Below, piece after piece: positions 49,449 through 61,208 of a stretch of 64,000 nucleotides of DNA. The notes under the pieces were generated by a model. That model saw nothing but the letters and a program-made list of their open reading frames with translations, had not been told where the DNA came from and made no database searches. How positions within the stretch are numbered: the first letter of the stretch is position 1; every line of letters begins with the position of its first letter. The DNA comes from Octopus sinensis (taxonomy: Eukaryota), in assembly GCF_006345805.1 (NCBI RefSeq), contig NC_043011.1, positions 41,676,464-41,740,463 of the forward strand, in the 5' to 3' direction. Made by a program: the position numbers and the translations under genes.

Positions 49449-50704
49449 TAAGGTGGTGAGCTAGCAGAATTGTTAGCATGCTGGACGAAATACTTAACAG
49501 TATGTCTGTCTTTTGGTTCTGAGTTCAAATTCTGCCAAGGTCAACTTTACCTTTCATCTTTACGGGGTCAATAAAATAAATGCCGGTTAAGTGCTGGGAT
49601 CATTGTAATCTCCCCTCCCCTAAAAAGTTTCAGGCAAGCTGGAAAGTAGCGAGCTGGCAGAATTGTTAGCATGCTGGATGAAATGCTTAGCAGTAGTTCA
49701 CCTGTCACTACGTCCTGAGTTCAAATTTTGCCATGGTCAACTTTACCTTTCATCCTTTTAGGGTCTATAAATTAAGTACCAGTTGAACACTGAGGTTGAT
49801 GTAATCAACTATCCCCCTCCCCCAAATTTCAGGCCTTGTGCCTATAATAGAAAGGATCATTGGCAAGCTAGTAGAATCTTTAACACATCAGATAAATTGC
49901 TTAGCAACTTACCTTTCAGTTCTGAGTTCAAATTGCTACCAAAGTTGACTTTGTCTTTCATCATTCTGGGGTCAATAAAACAAGTCCCAGTCGAATACTG
50001 GGGTCTATATAACTGACTATCCCTTCTCCCCTTAAATTTATTGACCTTGTTCCAAAATATTAAACCATTATTATTAAGATGGTGAGCTGGCAGAATCGTT
50101 AGCTAGCACACTACACTAAATGCTTCGCGGCATTTCATCTGTCTTTACGTTTGAGTTGAAATTTGGCAGAGGTCAACTTTGCCTTTCATTCTTTTGGGGT
50201 CAATAAAATAAATACCAGTTAAACACTGGTGGCCGATGTAATCGACTTGTTCCCTCCCCTCAAATTTCAGGCCTTGTGCCTATAGTAGAAATAATTATTA
50301 TTATTATTAATGTGGGCAGCATTTCATCCGTTTTTGTATTCTGAGTTCAAATTCTGCTGAGATCGCCCTTTGCCTTTCATCCATTCGTGGTCGATAAAAT
50401 AAGTACCGGTTACGCACTGGGGTCGATGTAATCGACTTAATCCCTTCCCCCAAATTTGATGCTTTGTGCTTCCAGTAGAAAGATTAATTATTAAGGCGGC
50501 GAGTTGGCAGAATCGTTAGCACGCTGAACGAAATGCTTAGCAGTATTTTGCCTGTTGGTATGTTCTGAGTTCAAATTTCACCGAGATCAACTTTATTTTT
50601 CATCCTTTCGTGGTCGATAAAATAAGTACCAGTTAAACACTGAGGTCGATGTGATCATCTCATTCCCTCCCCCAGAATAGCTGCCCTTGTGGCAAAATTT
50701 AAAA
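49449..50704 (+). mobile_element. Head-to-tail array of six family B SINEs
   Basis: Starts near 49449, 49641, 49860, 50077, 50310 (5'-truncated) and 50493; most junctions are (ATT)n. Confidence 0.88.
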
Positions 50705-50708
50705 CCAT

Positions 50709-50901
50709 TCCTCTCTTTTACTTGTTTCAGTCATTTGACTGCGGCCATGCTGGAGCACTGCCTTCAGTCGAGCAAATCGACCCCGGAACCCACTCCTTGT
50801 AAGCCCAGTACTTATTCTATCGGTCTCTTTTGCCGAACCGCTAAGTGACGGGGACGTAAACACACCAGCATCGGTTGTCAAGCAATGCTAGGGAGACAAA
50901 C

Positions 50902-50948
<47 letters not shown>

Positions 50949-51105
50949 TACGACAGGCTTCTTTCAGTTTCCGTCTACCAAATCCACTCACAAGGCATTG
51001 GTTGGCCCGGAGCTATAGCAGAAGACACTTGCCCAAGATGCCACGCAGTGGGACTGAACCCGGAACCATGTGGTTGGTTAGCAAGCTACTTACCACACAG
51101 CCACG
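50709..51105 (-). mobile_element. SINE family A, young subfamily as at 811 and 1781
   Basis: Shares the ggcattgg and gcaatgctaggg variants. Confidence 0.9.
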
Positions 51106-51111
51106 CCATTA

Positions 51112-51145
<34 letters not shown>

Positions 51146-51801
51146 GACAAAGCACTTTGCAGTACTTGGTAACATCATTTGATGTTCTGAGTTCAGTTTT
51201 CACTGAAGTCAGCTTTTATTCTTCCAGGGTCAATAAAATAAAGTACCAGTTACATACTGGGATCTACATTATCAACAACTGTCTCCTTCCCACCCACTCT
51301 CTCTTGCCAAAAAAAAAATGTTACTTTGTTTCCAAGGTAGAAATCAGCTGTAGCAGTAGCAGTAGCAGCAGCAGCAGCAGCAGCAGCAAAATCATTATTC
51401 ATATGGTAGTTTTTTTTTCTTCTCTTTTTCTCCTCCTTTTACATAATCTTCCTTTTCCTACTGTCTCTCTCTTTTTCTCTGTCTGTCTGTCTCTCCCCTC
51501 TCTCTCTCTCTTTCACTCAAGCGCAAGCAGTTAGTTGCTATAGTAATAATATCTGACTAGATACAGCTACCATCATCATCATCGTCGTCAGTAATTTAGA
51601 AAACTAAAACAACTTGCTTTGTTGTCATCAACACTATTATCATTTACATCATCATCGTCATCATCATCATTGCCGTTATTACCATTGGATCATCGTTGTC
51701 ATCATCATCATCATCATCATTGCATCGTGGTACACATTGTCATCACCATCATCAACATTGTCATTATTATATTCACCATCATGTTTCTCTTTCTTTTCCT
51801 T

Positions 51802-51847
<46 letters not shown>

Positions 51848-52679
51848 CCTGCTCCTCTTCCTCACCATCACCACCATCATCATCATCGTTGTCAAGGCCT
51901 GTTATATTGATTGACAGAAGAATTTTAAGTTTGTTTGTTTGACCATTACATCATTAACAACAGCCACAATACCACCGCCACCGCTACCACCACCGCCACC
52001 ACCACCACCACCACCGTCACTGCCACCTCCATCACTGCTTCCACCACCACCACCACCACCACCACCACCATCACCATCATCATCATGTACGGCAGTGTAT
52101 ACAACTGTGTTCTTTGGGATGAATCATCCAGCAGCGATATATAAAACTGTGGATAAATTAATCTCCATGTAAAAATATTGACCAAACTAAATGACTTAAG
52201 AGTCCAACATTTTTTATATGCATTGCCAACTTTACAGCTTGTGTGCGCATACACATGCATTTATATACATACACACACACACACACACACATACGTATAT
52301 GTAAATGTGTGTATATATGTGTGTGTGTGGATGGATGCATTCAAGACATAAAGTTGGCAATAGATATTGTTTAATATTATTTTATATATATGTGTGTGTA
52401 TTACATGCAAATAAATGCATGTTCACTACTTTTTGTTTATCCAGATTGATAGATAGATATAGACACATACATAAAAACAAATGCCTGTGTTATGCACACA
52501 TGCACACACACACGTTTGTACTTATATCTATTTGGCCAAGAAGGTCAACTTTCAGTGCAGAAGAGGCACTGGGTCAATCAGTGATCAGTAAAAGTACATG
52601 TAATATAGGATCCTTCAAAATGTTCCCTACGATTAGCTTATAGGCTTTGTTACCATGGTAACCTAATTAGCAATAGAGA

Positions 52680-52880
52680 TGGATGTTCAGAAAAGTTAGC
52701 AGCCTAAGGAAGAACAAAGTGGGAGAAGTTTAGGGCAGTATTCCTTTTGCTGGACACCGAAGGGTTTCTCTCTCCAAGTAAAAGGCAGATTGTTTGATGC
52801 TTGTGTACAAAGTGTAATGCTGCATGGTAATGAGATGTGGCTCTTTATTTTAGAAGATTTGCAATGGCCGGAAAGAAACC
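52680..52880 (+). mobile_element. RTE-clade LINE internal fragment
   Basis: FSLQVKGRLFDACVQSVMLHGNEMW...EDLQWPERN resembles the RTE motif VKGRLY.ACVR..MLHGSETW....D..RLERN. Confidence 0.82.
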
Positions 52881-53394
52881 GTGGGAGCTTGATCGTTGTC
52901 ATCATCTTCATTATTATTGCTTAATGTCTGGCTTCCATGCTGACATGGGTTGGTCAGTTTGACAGGCTCTCACAAGCTGAAGGACTGTATCATGCTTCAA
53001 GGTCTATTTTGGTATGGTTTCCATGGCAAGATTTTCTTCGCAGTGCCAACCAATTTACAGAGTATACTGGGTGCTTTTAAAGACACGTACAACAATTTAT
53101 AGAAAAAAAAGAAAAAAAACCTGAATAAAATCATTTCATCAGTCAACTTAATATCCAGAGTCATTATGATTTCAGCACTGGAAAAGATGCTATCACTCAT
53201 CTGGAAAACATCAGGGCAAGAGTCACCATCCTCATCATCTTTACCATCATCATTATCATCATCATCCTTTTAATGTCCATTTCCCCATGTTTGCATCAAC
53301 CAATTCTGACCAATCCTTGCAAGCATGGAAAAGTGGGCTTTAAACTGAAGACAATGACACATACCTGTATACATAAATAAATATATACATATAC

Positions 53395-53434
<40 letters not shown>

Positions 53435-53500
53435 TTGGTGTTAGTAGGAGTATCCAGCCACAGAAACCATGCTGAATGAGCGGAGTGCAGTCCTTCAGCC

Positions 53501-54113
53501 CAGTGCTTCTCAAACTATCTGAAGTGATGTACCAGCAGTTTTTTTTTTTCCCCAATGTGCCAGGGACCTGTAATGTTTTTTAGTAATATCAACTTATACC
53601 AGAAACAACATACATCATCATCATCGTTTAACGTCCGTTTTCCACGCTAGCATGGGTTGGACGGTTCGACCGGGGTCTGGGAAGCCAGGGGCTGCTCCAG
53701 GCTCCAGTCTGATCTGGCAGAGTTTCTACGGCTGGATGCCCTTCCTAACGCCAACCACTCCGCGAGTGTAGTGGGTGCTTTTTACATGCCACCTGCACAG
53801 GTGCCAAGGGTGGGGTCCGGTATCAGTCACGATCGGTTGGAGCTTTTAACGTGCCAGCGGCACGGAAGCCAGCCAAGGCGGCGCTGGCAACATTCGGATG
53901 GTCTTTTTATGTGCCACCGGCACAGGAGCCAGTCGGGGCGGTGGAAACTCTTTGTATCTTGTATTTATTTTATAAACAAATAATACAATATCACACAAGC
54001 ATTTTATAAGCATTTTATAATGCTTCTTTCTTTTCCGGAAACTTGCCGTGTACTGGCAACTGATGGCTTGCAGACCGGCACTAGTCTGTGGATGACCACT
54101 TTGAGTAGCACTG
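53501..54113. mobile_element. hAT/Charlie MITE with perfect 8-bp TSD, carrying a nested RTE-tail insertion
   Basis: CTTCAGCC|CAGTGCTTCTCAAA ... TTTGAGTAGCACTG|CTTCAGCC. Confidence 0.9.
53612..53945 (-). mobile_element. Young RTE-type 3' UTR copy inside the hAT MITE
   Basis: catcatcatcgtttaacgtccgttttccacgctagcatggg...; CpG-rich. Confidence 0.88.
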
Positions 54114-54244
54114 CTTCAGCCCATCAAATCTTGTCAAGCCATCCAACCAATGCCAGAATGGAACAAGGATATTAAATGATAATTGTGATGTGATATGTAT
54201 TCATACATTCATACATACACACACATATACATTGTATGTGTATG

Positions 54245-54291
<47 letters not shown>

Positions 54292-54342
54292 TATGTGTGT
54301 GTGTAGGTTTCATGATGCAATCAGGGAAACAGAACTGAAAAC

Positions 54343-54393
<51 letters not shown>

Positions 54394-54407
54394 TATATAA
54401 TGTTCCT

Positions 54408-54609
54408 TTATTCTTTTACTTGTTTCAGTCATTTCACTGTGGCCATGCTGGAGCGCCACCTTTATTGGAACAAACTGATCCCAGGACTTATTCTTTGTAA
54501 GCCTAGTACTTATTCTATCAGTCTCTTTTGCCAAACTGCTCAGTTACAGGGACGTAAACACACCACTGTCAAGCGATGGTGGGGGACAAACACAGACACA
54601 CAAATACAT

Positions 54610-54644
<35 letters not shown>

Positions 54645-54820
54645 TACTCATATATATACATACACACTCACACTCAGTTTCCATCTGCCAAATTCACTCA
54701 CGAAGCTTTGGTCGGTCCGAGGCTATAGCAGAAGACACTTGCTCAAGGTGCCATGCAGTGGACCAAACCCGGAACCATGTGGTTGGTTAGCAAGCTACTT
54801 ACCACAAGCCACTCCTACAC
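54408..54820 (-). mobile_element. SINE family A
   Basis: Reverse copy. Confidence 0.85.
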
Positions 54821-54876
54821 TGATTATTATTAATATTTTTTTTTCTTTTGTAATCTCTTGAAATATATATACATTT

Positions 54877-54963
54877 TATTAATAACTGGCAGAAGTTATA
54901 AAGTGACTAAAGAGTTTGCCAAAGCTCTTAGTCCTTGAGTCACTCTGTAACTTCTGCTGATTA

Positions 54964-54969
<6 letters not shown>
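54877..54969. repeat. Palindrome, 32-bp arms (27/32 matching)
   Basis: tattaataactggcagaagttataaagtgact / agtcactctgtaacttctgctgattattaata; abuts (TA)n. Confidence 0.85.
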
Positions 54970-55003
<34 letters not shown>

Positions 55004-55765
55004 ATAAACAATCTCTCAGTCTCCTGTTTTGTTTTGTTCACTACTTTACCAATCTGGATTCCATTACAAAAGATATAATTACAATACAGGAACGGAAATA
55101 CATATGGAGTTCTTAATAGTGGTTATTTGTCACGCAATTTAAGGTTTAAATTGTACAGTACATACACATACACACACACACGCACTGTATTATTTGTCTG
55201 TAGATTGGTAGTAGCAGTAGTGTCAGGGTGCTGGTCACCACAGTAGCAGCTGCAGAAGCAACTGAAATCCCACGCAAAAAACCAAAACAAAACAAGAAAC
55301 AAAGCCTGCTGTCACAAACTGGCCACAATATTGACCAATGAGAATCGAGGCTGGAAAGCATGTCTACAGCAGAGATTCATCACAGTTTGAATTTCCTATC
55401 AGTCAGCTAGAACAATAACAAATGCAGAAACTCGGAGGAGTGGAGGACCTAGGAGATGAGTAGATACTCAGAGTGGAGCTTCTACTTCTAGTAGTTGTCT
55501 GTATGTGTGCTTGTGTGTGTGTATACATACATATCTATGTGTGTATATGTATGTAGGTGGAGGCATGGCTGAACGCTTAAGTAGCTCACATTGGAGCCTT
55601 GTGGTCTTAGGTTCAGTCCTACTTCAAGGCACCTTGAGTAAGTGTCTTCTACTATGGCCCTGGGCCAGCCTATGCCTTGTGAGTGAATATGACTGCTGGA
55701 AACTGTGTTGAAACACATCACACACACACTTCTGTATCTATCTATATTTATTTATTTATAATCTG

Positions 55766-55846
55766 AATTTTATAGTATTAAATATCCATCACGGCTGATG
55801 TGATTTGGTAAGATCAGCCGTGATTGATATTTAATACTATAAAATT
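55766..55846. repeat. Palindrome, 34-bp arms (33/34 matching), 13-nt loop
   Basis: aattttatagtattaaatatccatcacggctgat / atcagccgtgattgatatttaatactataaaatt. Confidence 0.92.
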
Positions 55847-55927
55847 TTGATAATCCACCCACTCTACTGACAGATATATGAGTGCATCTTTCTCTGACTC
55901 ATGCATATATATATATATATATATATA

Positions 55928-56130
55928 GTCAATCCAAACAAGAACAAGCAAGAAAAAACAACAATGCGAGGACGTGGTACAAGTACTGTGTTATTGGACG
56001 CTCAGGAAAGGAAAGGAAAGAAAGAGGATTTCACGTTTTGAGCGGTGCTCTTCATCAGGAATATAGAAAAAGTCCAAAGAGTGGAAAACAGAGAAAGAAA
56101 ATCACCAACGATACACACGCAGTCACATAT
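55928..56130 (-). mobile_element. Penelope-like relic with hammerhead core
   Basis: Minus strand ttc-CTGATGA-a-gagc-acc-gctc-AAAAC-gtgaa at 56026-56062; begins at (TA)n. Confidence 0.65.
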
Positions 56131-56665
56131 TGAAATACATGTGTGTTTGTGACCCATCAATATTTGGCAGTTGGTGTTGGTTTGTTTATGTCCCTATAAC
56201 TTAGCAGTTCAGCAAAAGAGTTTAATTGAATTAGTACTGGGATCAATTTGTTTGTCTAAATCCTTCAGAAAGATGCCCCAGCATGGCCGCAGTCCAATGA
56301 TTGCAATGAGTGAAAGGTAAAAAAGATAGATGTAGATACATATGGATGCATGACTTTGTGTTTAAGAAGTTTCCTGTGTAATCACCAGGTTCCTACTTCA
56401 TATAGGTGTGAGTGTGTGTATGCATGTACATCATTATATATGTATATATCTAAGTTTGTATACACATAGGATATGGTTGTGTGTGTGTATATATATATAT
56501 ATATATACATATATAAATATAGGGATGGTATTATTAAAATACCATCACAAGTGGTAAGCAAATTATCAGCCGTACAGGCAAATTAATAAAATATATACAT
56601 ACAATATTAGATATGTACATATATACACAAGGGTACTACATGAGTACCTATATCGCTAATGATAG

Positions 56666-56827
56666 AAGTCAAAAATACTTCTGTACCACCGAATAGTCAC
56701 AAATCTATTACAGACAAGATAGGAAAAAATATCAGTGAACAATAATAATGTCTTACCTCAAATGGGTCAGAACAAGTAAATGTAATAGATTTGTGACTAT
56801 TCGGTGGTACAGAAGTATTTTTTACTT
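56666..56827. repeat. 47-bp inverted repeat (46/47) with a 68-nt spacer, between TA microsatellites
   Basis: aagtcaaaaatacttctgtaccaccgaatagtcacaaatctattaca versus its complement at 56781-56827. Confidence 0.9.
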
Positions 56828-56833
56828 ATATAT

Positions 56834-56864
<31 letters not shown>

Positions 56865-56999
56865 TCAAGGTTAAACATGTGTCTCTATAATCCTTAGATT
56901 ATAAACATCCATATACACATGATTATATATAGCTATACACGCAGCCATGCATGAACACACACTTGTATATCAAACAACCAGAATTTTCCAAATTATGTA

Positions 57000-57400
57000 T
57001 GCACTGCTTTATTTCAAATGTGAGCAGTTTCAATCTTGAAGGGGTCCATTTCTCTCCAGACACTTGAAATTCCTTTATGCAACAATACCCAATCACCAAA
57101 CAACAGTCACAGCATCAGTGCTGTACCACTTCCCTGGACCATTTCAAAGTATAAAAACATATCATCACCAAATTGTTCAACTGTGAAGTTGCCGATCTCT
57201 CCAGCCTATTAAACACAACTTTAACTTTGAGTTTTAGTGTCACACATGGCCATGTTCTTGGAAATCTAATTTGGCCAGTGATTCTCTAAGAATTTACCAT
57301 TTTGGCAATAACAGACAAAGAATGTTAAACCATATTTCATTTTTCGATCTGCTGCTGCTGTTAGGGATATCTTTAGTCCAGTTACAAAATAACCATTATT
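57000..57400 (-). pseudogene. Highly decayed Tc1/mariner-superfamily transposase remnant
   Basis: Fragments LENHWPN.ISKNM and GISSVWREMDP resemble the regions flanking the WPPxSPDLNP motif. Confidence 0.4.
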
Positions 57401-57905
57401 TTTGTATTAGGTCTCCAATGTTTTGATTGCTTTTGGCCAATAAAACCAATGGTAGAGTCGTTAGAATGTGAAGACAGATGAAATGCTGTCAAGCATTTTG
57501 TCTGGCGTGCTAAGTTCAAATTCTTCCGAGATCAACTTTGCCTCTTGTCCTTATGGGGTTGACAACTAAGTATCACTTGAATACTGTGGTTGATATATAT
57601 TTCTTTACTACCCACAAGGGGCTAAACATAGAGGGGACAAACAAGGACAGACAAAGGGATTAAGTCGATTACATCGACCCCAGTACGCAACTGGTACTTA
57701 ATTTATCGACCTCGAAAGGATGAAAGGCAAAGTCGACCTCGGCGTAATTTGAACTCAGAACGTAACGACAGACGAAATACCGCTAAGTGTTTTGCCCGGC
57801 GCGTTAACGTTTCTGCAGTTGATATAGTTGACTGTCCCCCTCCCTTCAAAACTTCAGGTTTTGTACCTACAGTAGAAAGGATTCTACTGTATAATGTGTG
57901 TGTGT

Positions 57906-57948
<43 letters not shown>

Positions 57949-58716
57949 AATACACGCTCACCAGCATTTTTCTATTTCCTCCCCTTATACTCCACCTATA
58001 TTCAGTTCCATAAACTGTTCCAAAGACGACATAAAAATACCTCAAGCTGTTACCGATGATGATGATGATGATAATTATCCAGCTTTGCCAATCAAATGTC
58101 TTGCTTTGATGTTTATTTTTATAATTCATGATTTATTTATTTTATACGTTGGTAGTTTTTCGCAATATTTTTTTCTCCTTTTCTCTCTCTTTTTCTCCCC
58201 CTCTACATTTCTCTACCCCTCTCTTCTTGTCCCTATTTCTTTCCTTGTCTTTCTCTTTCTCTCTCTCTCTCTCTCCCCTTTCATATCTCTTTCTCCCCAC
58301 CACCCCACCTAATATTTAACTTAACTCATCAGTAGACAGTGAAGTGCCACTGCTATAAAGTGGCATACATGCAACAGACATAGCAAGCAATCACCCTCAC
58401 TTTCTGCCTGTGTGTGTGTGTGTGTGTGTGTGTGTCTGTATGTCTAGCCTGCAATGGAGCCAATCCGTGGCCCTGGCAAGTCACAATGCGGATATTTAGA
58501 CCTCTTATAGGGATATTTTTTTTTAATCCAAGATACACTGGTTTAATATATTGTATTTGGAAAAGATATTTCTTCAATGAATGTATTATATAAAATATCG
58601 TAAAATTTCAAATATTATTAAGTTTGAAAATGTAGCGATCTAATGGATACAAATGAATTTATTCATCCATTACATCTTTCCGTTTTCAAAATTAATAATA
58701 TTTAATACATATCATC

Positions 58717-58776
<60 letters not shown>

Positions 58777-58879
58777 ATGATGATATATACTTAAAATAAT
58801 ATAGGGTAGCAAAATTTTAGAAATTTTTCTACCAGTGGGCTAGCATGTATAAAGAGTCAATAGACAACATATTTTCCAT

Positions 58880-59400
58880 ATAAATAATAATAATAATAAT
58901 AAAATTATTGTATACAGTGCTCAGGTGCGCCACAACTTGTCAAAAGTGCATATAAAGAATATGCAGTAATGTACAAATGTCTGGAAAGTGAACAGTGTAT
59001 GAGTCAGATACATGCTTGCGTGTGTATGTAGGGGAGAAATTCAGGTGTAGTGTTGGCGAATCTCGGGAAGCATGGAAGTTTTGAAGGATGCAGTGCTCCA
59101 ACGACTAACAACTGATGCTGGCAGTTTGTTCCATGCTTCAGCAACTCTTAGCGTGAAAAAATGTTTCCAAAAGTCATGGGAGCTGTGCTGTTTTCTGACT
59201 TTGTAAACATGTCCACGGGTGTTAGACCGATGGAGTTTAAAAAGGTGCTCAGAGTTATTGTTTGTAAGATGGTTAATAATTTTATGTGTGTCTACCAAGT
59301 CAGCTGCCAGACGTCGGAGTTTCAATGTATCCATGCCCAGAGAAGTAAGGTGTTCAGAATATGGCAAATGCCTGATGGAGGGTATTCTCTTGGTTGCACG
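58880..59400 (-). mobile_element. CR1-clade LINE 3' end, near-intact frame
   Basis: PYSEHLTSLGMDTLKLRRLAADL...NTRGHVYKV...FFTLRVAEAWNKLP...FK; (ATT)n tail. Confidence 0.92.
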
Positions 59401-59442
59401 TCACTGAACGGTTTCCAGATGATTAATATCCTGGGCAAGATA

Positions 59443-59729
59443 GTGTACATTTAAACACAAAAAGAGGTGACCCTTAACAGGCCGCCTTACATGATAGAAG
59501 GAGCAGTCAAAACGTCCAAAACCACATTTAAGAGCAATTTCGAAGGGAATGAAAAATAAAAACTTTAACCATGTTTTTTACAGCCAGAACTAGGTTTCAA
59601 ACTTTAATTAGCAAATAAAATAATTTGCTAGGCAAAGTTCTCATCAGTGGTTTTGGACGTTTTGACTGCTCCTTCTATCATGCAAGGCAGCCTGTTAAGG
59701 GTCACCTCATTTTGTGTTTAAATGTACAC
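59443..59729. mobile_element. TA-flanked MITE with ~84-bp TIRs
   Basis: TA|GTGTACATTTAAACACAAAAAGAGGTGACCC ... GGGTCACCTCATTTTGTGTTTAAATGTACAC|TA. Confidence 0.9.
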
Positions 59730-60539
59730 TAATTATACACACACACACACACATATATATATATACACACACATATACACAACAGACCTCTTTCAGTTGC
59801 AGTTTACCCAATCCACTCACAAGCCTTTGGTCAGCCCTAGACTATAGCAGAAGACACTTGACCATATATATTAAATGCACACACCTATATACACACTGTC
59901 TCATGAGCATGCATTATTACCATTTGTACTATAGTAAGACAGACAGACAGACAGATAGTTTTGTTAGTATTAACATATTTAATGGAGGAAGCATTAAAAA
60001 GTTAACTAGAAATAAATTCAGCTTGGAAAATGGATTTAAAATGGTAAAAAGACAACAGCAAAAAAAAAAAAAAAGATCAAAAATAGGAGAGGAAAAGAAC
60101 TGTTGTGATGTATATATGCAGAAGATCTGTTGTACTTTCTTGTAGTGTTGTGGGAAAGGTTATCTTACGAAATGGTTGTACAATAGAATTAAGGGGAAGC
60201 CCAAGAAGTTTGTTTACAGAATTGGAGCAGACAATCTGTGTGTGTGTGTATGTGTTGTGTGTGTTGTGTGTGTGTGGTGTGTGTGTATTGCAGAAAAGCA
60301 CCAATAACTGTATCAATATATCATACACACAGCAATTAAAAGGACAGACTTTATAACTGAGTATGTATGACATCTCTCACACACACATAAACACGCATAT
60401 ATAGAATAAAGTGTATATATGTATATGTATGTGTGTGCATGCATATATACACACACATGCATGTGTGTGTGTGTGTGTGTGTTATATATATATATATACA
60501 CATACATACATATACAAAAGAAATGGTCAACATAAGAAT

Positions 60540-61160
60540 CATCAAATGTGGTGTGCAAGAGACGACTGTGCTGGTATGGTTATGTACTGCGTATGGATGA
60601 GGAGAGTTGTGTGAAGTGTCACTCCCTAACAGTGGAAGGAACCCATGGAAGAGAGAGACCCAGGAAGACATGGAAGGAGGTGGTGAAGCATGACCTTCGA
60701 AAGTTAGGCCTCACAGAGGCAATGACAAGATACCAAGACCTCTGGAGATATGCTGTGATTGAGAAGACCTGGCAAGTAAAGTGAGATCCCAGCCATAGCC
60801 TATACCAGTGTTGCATAACCATCCCATTTAAAAAGTACCTTTGAATCTTAGGGTGACATGCCATGCTTGAGGAGATCTATTGAGTCAAGGAAATCAAAAT
60901 CAGATCAAATCACAATCAAATGGAAATTGTAGTTGTGGCTGATGCCAGTGCCCCTGCCCCGACTAGCTCTCATGCCAGTGGCATGTAAAAAGCACCCACT
61001 ACACTATCAGAGTGGTTGGTGTTAGAAAGGGCATCTCACTGTAGAAACAGTGCCAGATCAGATTGGAGCCTGGTGTGGCCTCCTGGCTTGCCAGTCCCAT
61101 GTCAAACTGTCCAACCCATGCCAGCATGGAAAGCAGACGTTAAATGATGATGATGATGAG
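60540..61160 (+). mobile_element. RTE-clade LINE 3' end: ORF C-terminus + 3'UTR + (GAT)n
   Basis: RRLCWYGYVLRMDEES...VEGTHGRERPRKTWKEVVKHDL is the RTE RRLRW.GHV.R...GRPRKTW motif; the UTR contains the abundant dispersed module. Confidence 0.92.
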
Positions 61161-61169
61161 ATATGTGTA

Positions 61170-61208
<39 letters not shown>

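Noticed and set aside
690-54861. Recurrent ORFs such as RQASFSFRLPNPLTR... and TEKEPTIGFRQ-like SINE frames
   Set aside because: The same peptides recur wherever a family A or RTE-tail copy lies; they are repeat sequence, not genes
55766-55846. Calling the perfect hairpin a microRNA
   Set aside because: No match to any miRNA family I know, a very AT-rich stem and a TE context; needs small-RNA reads
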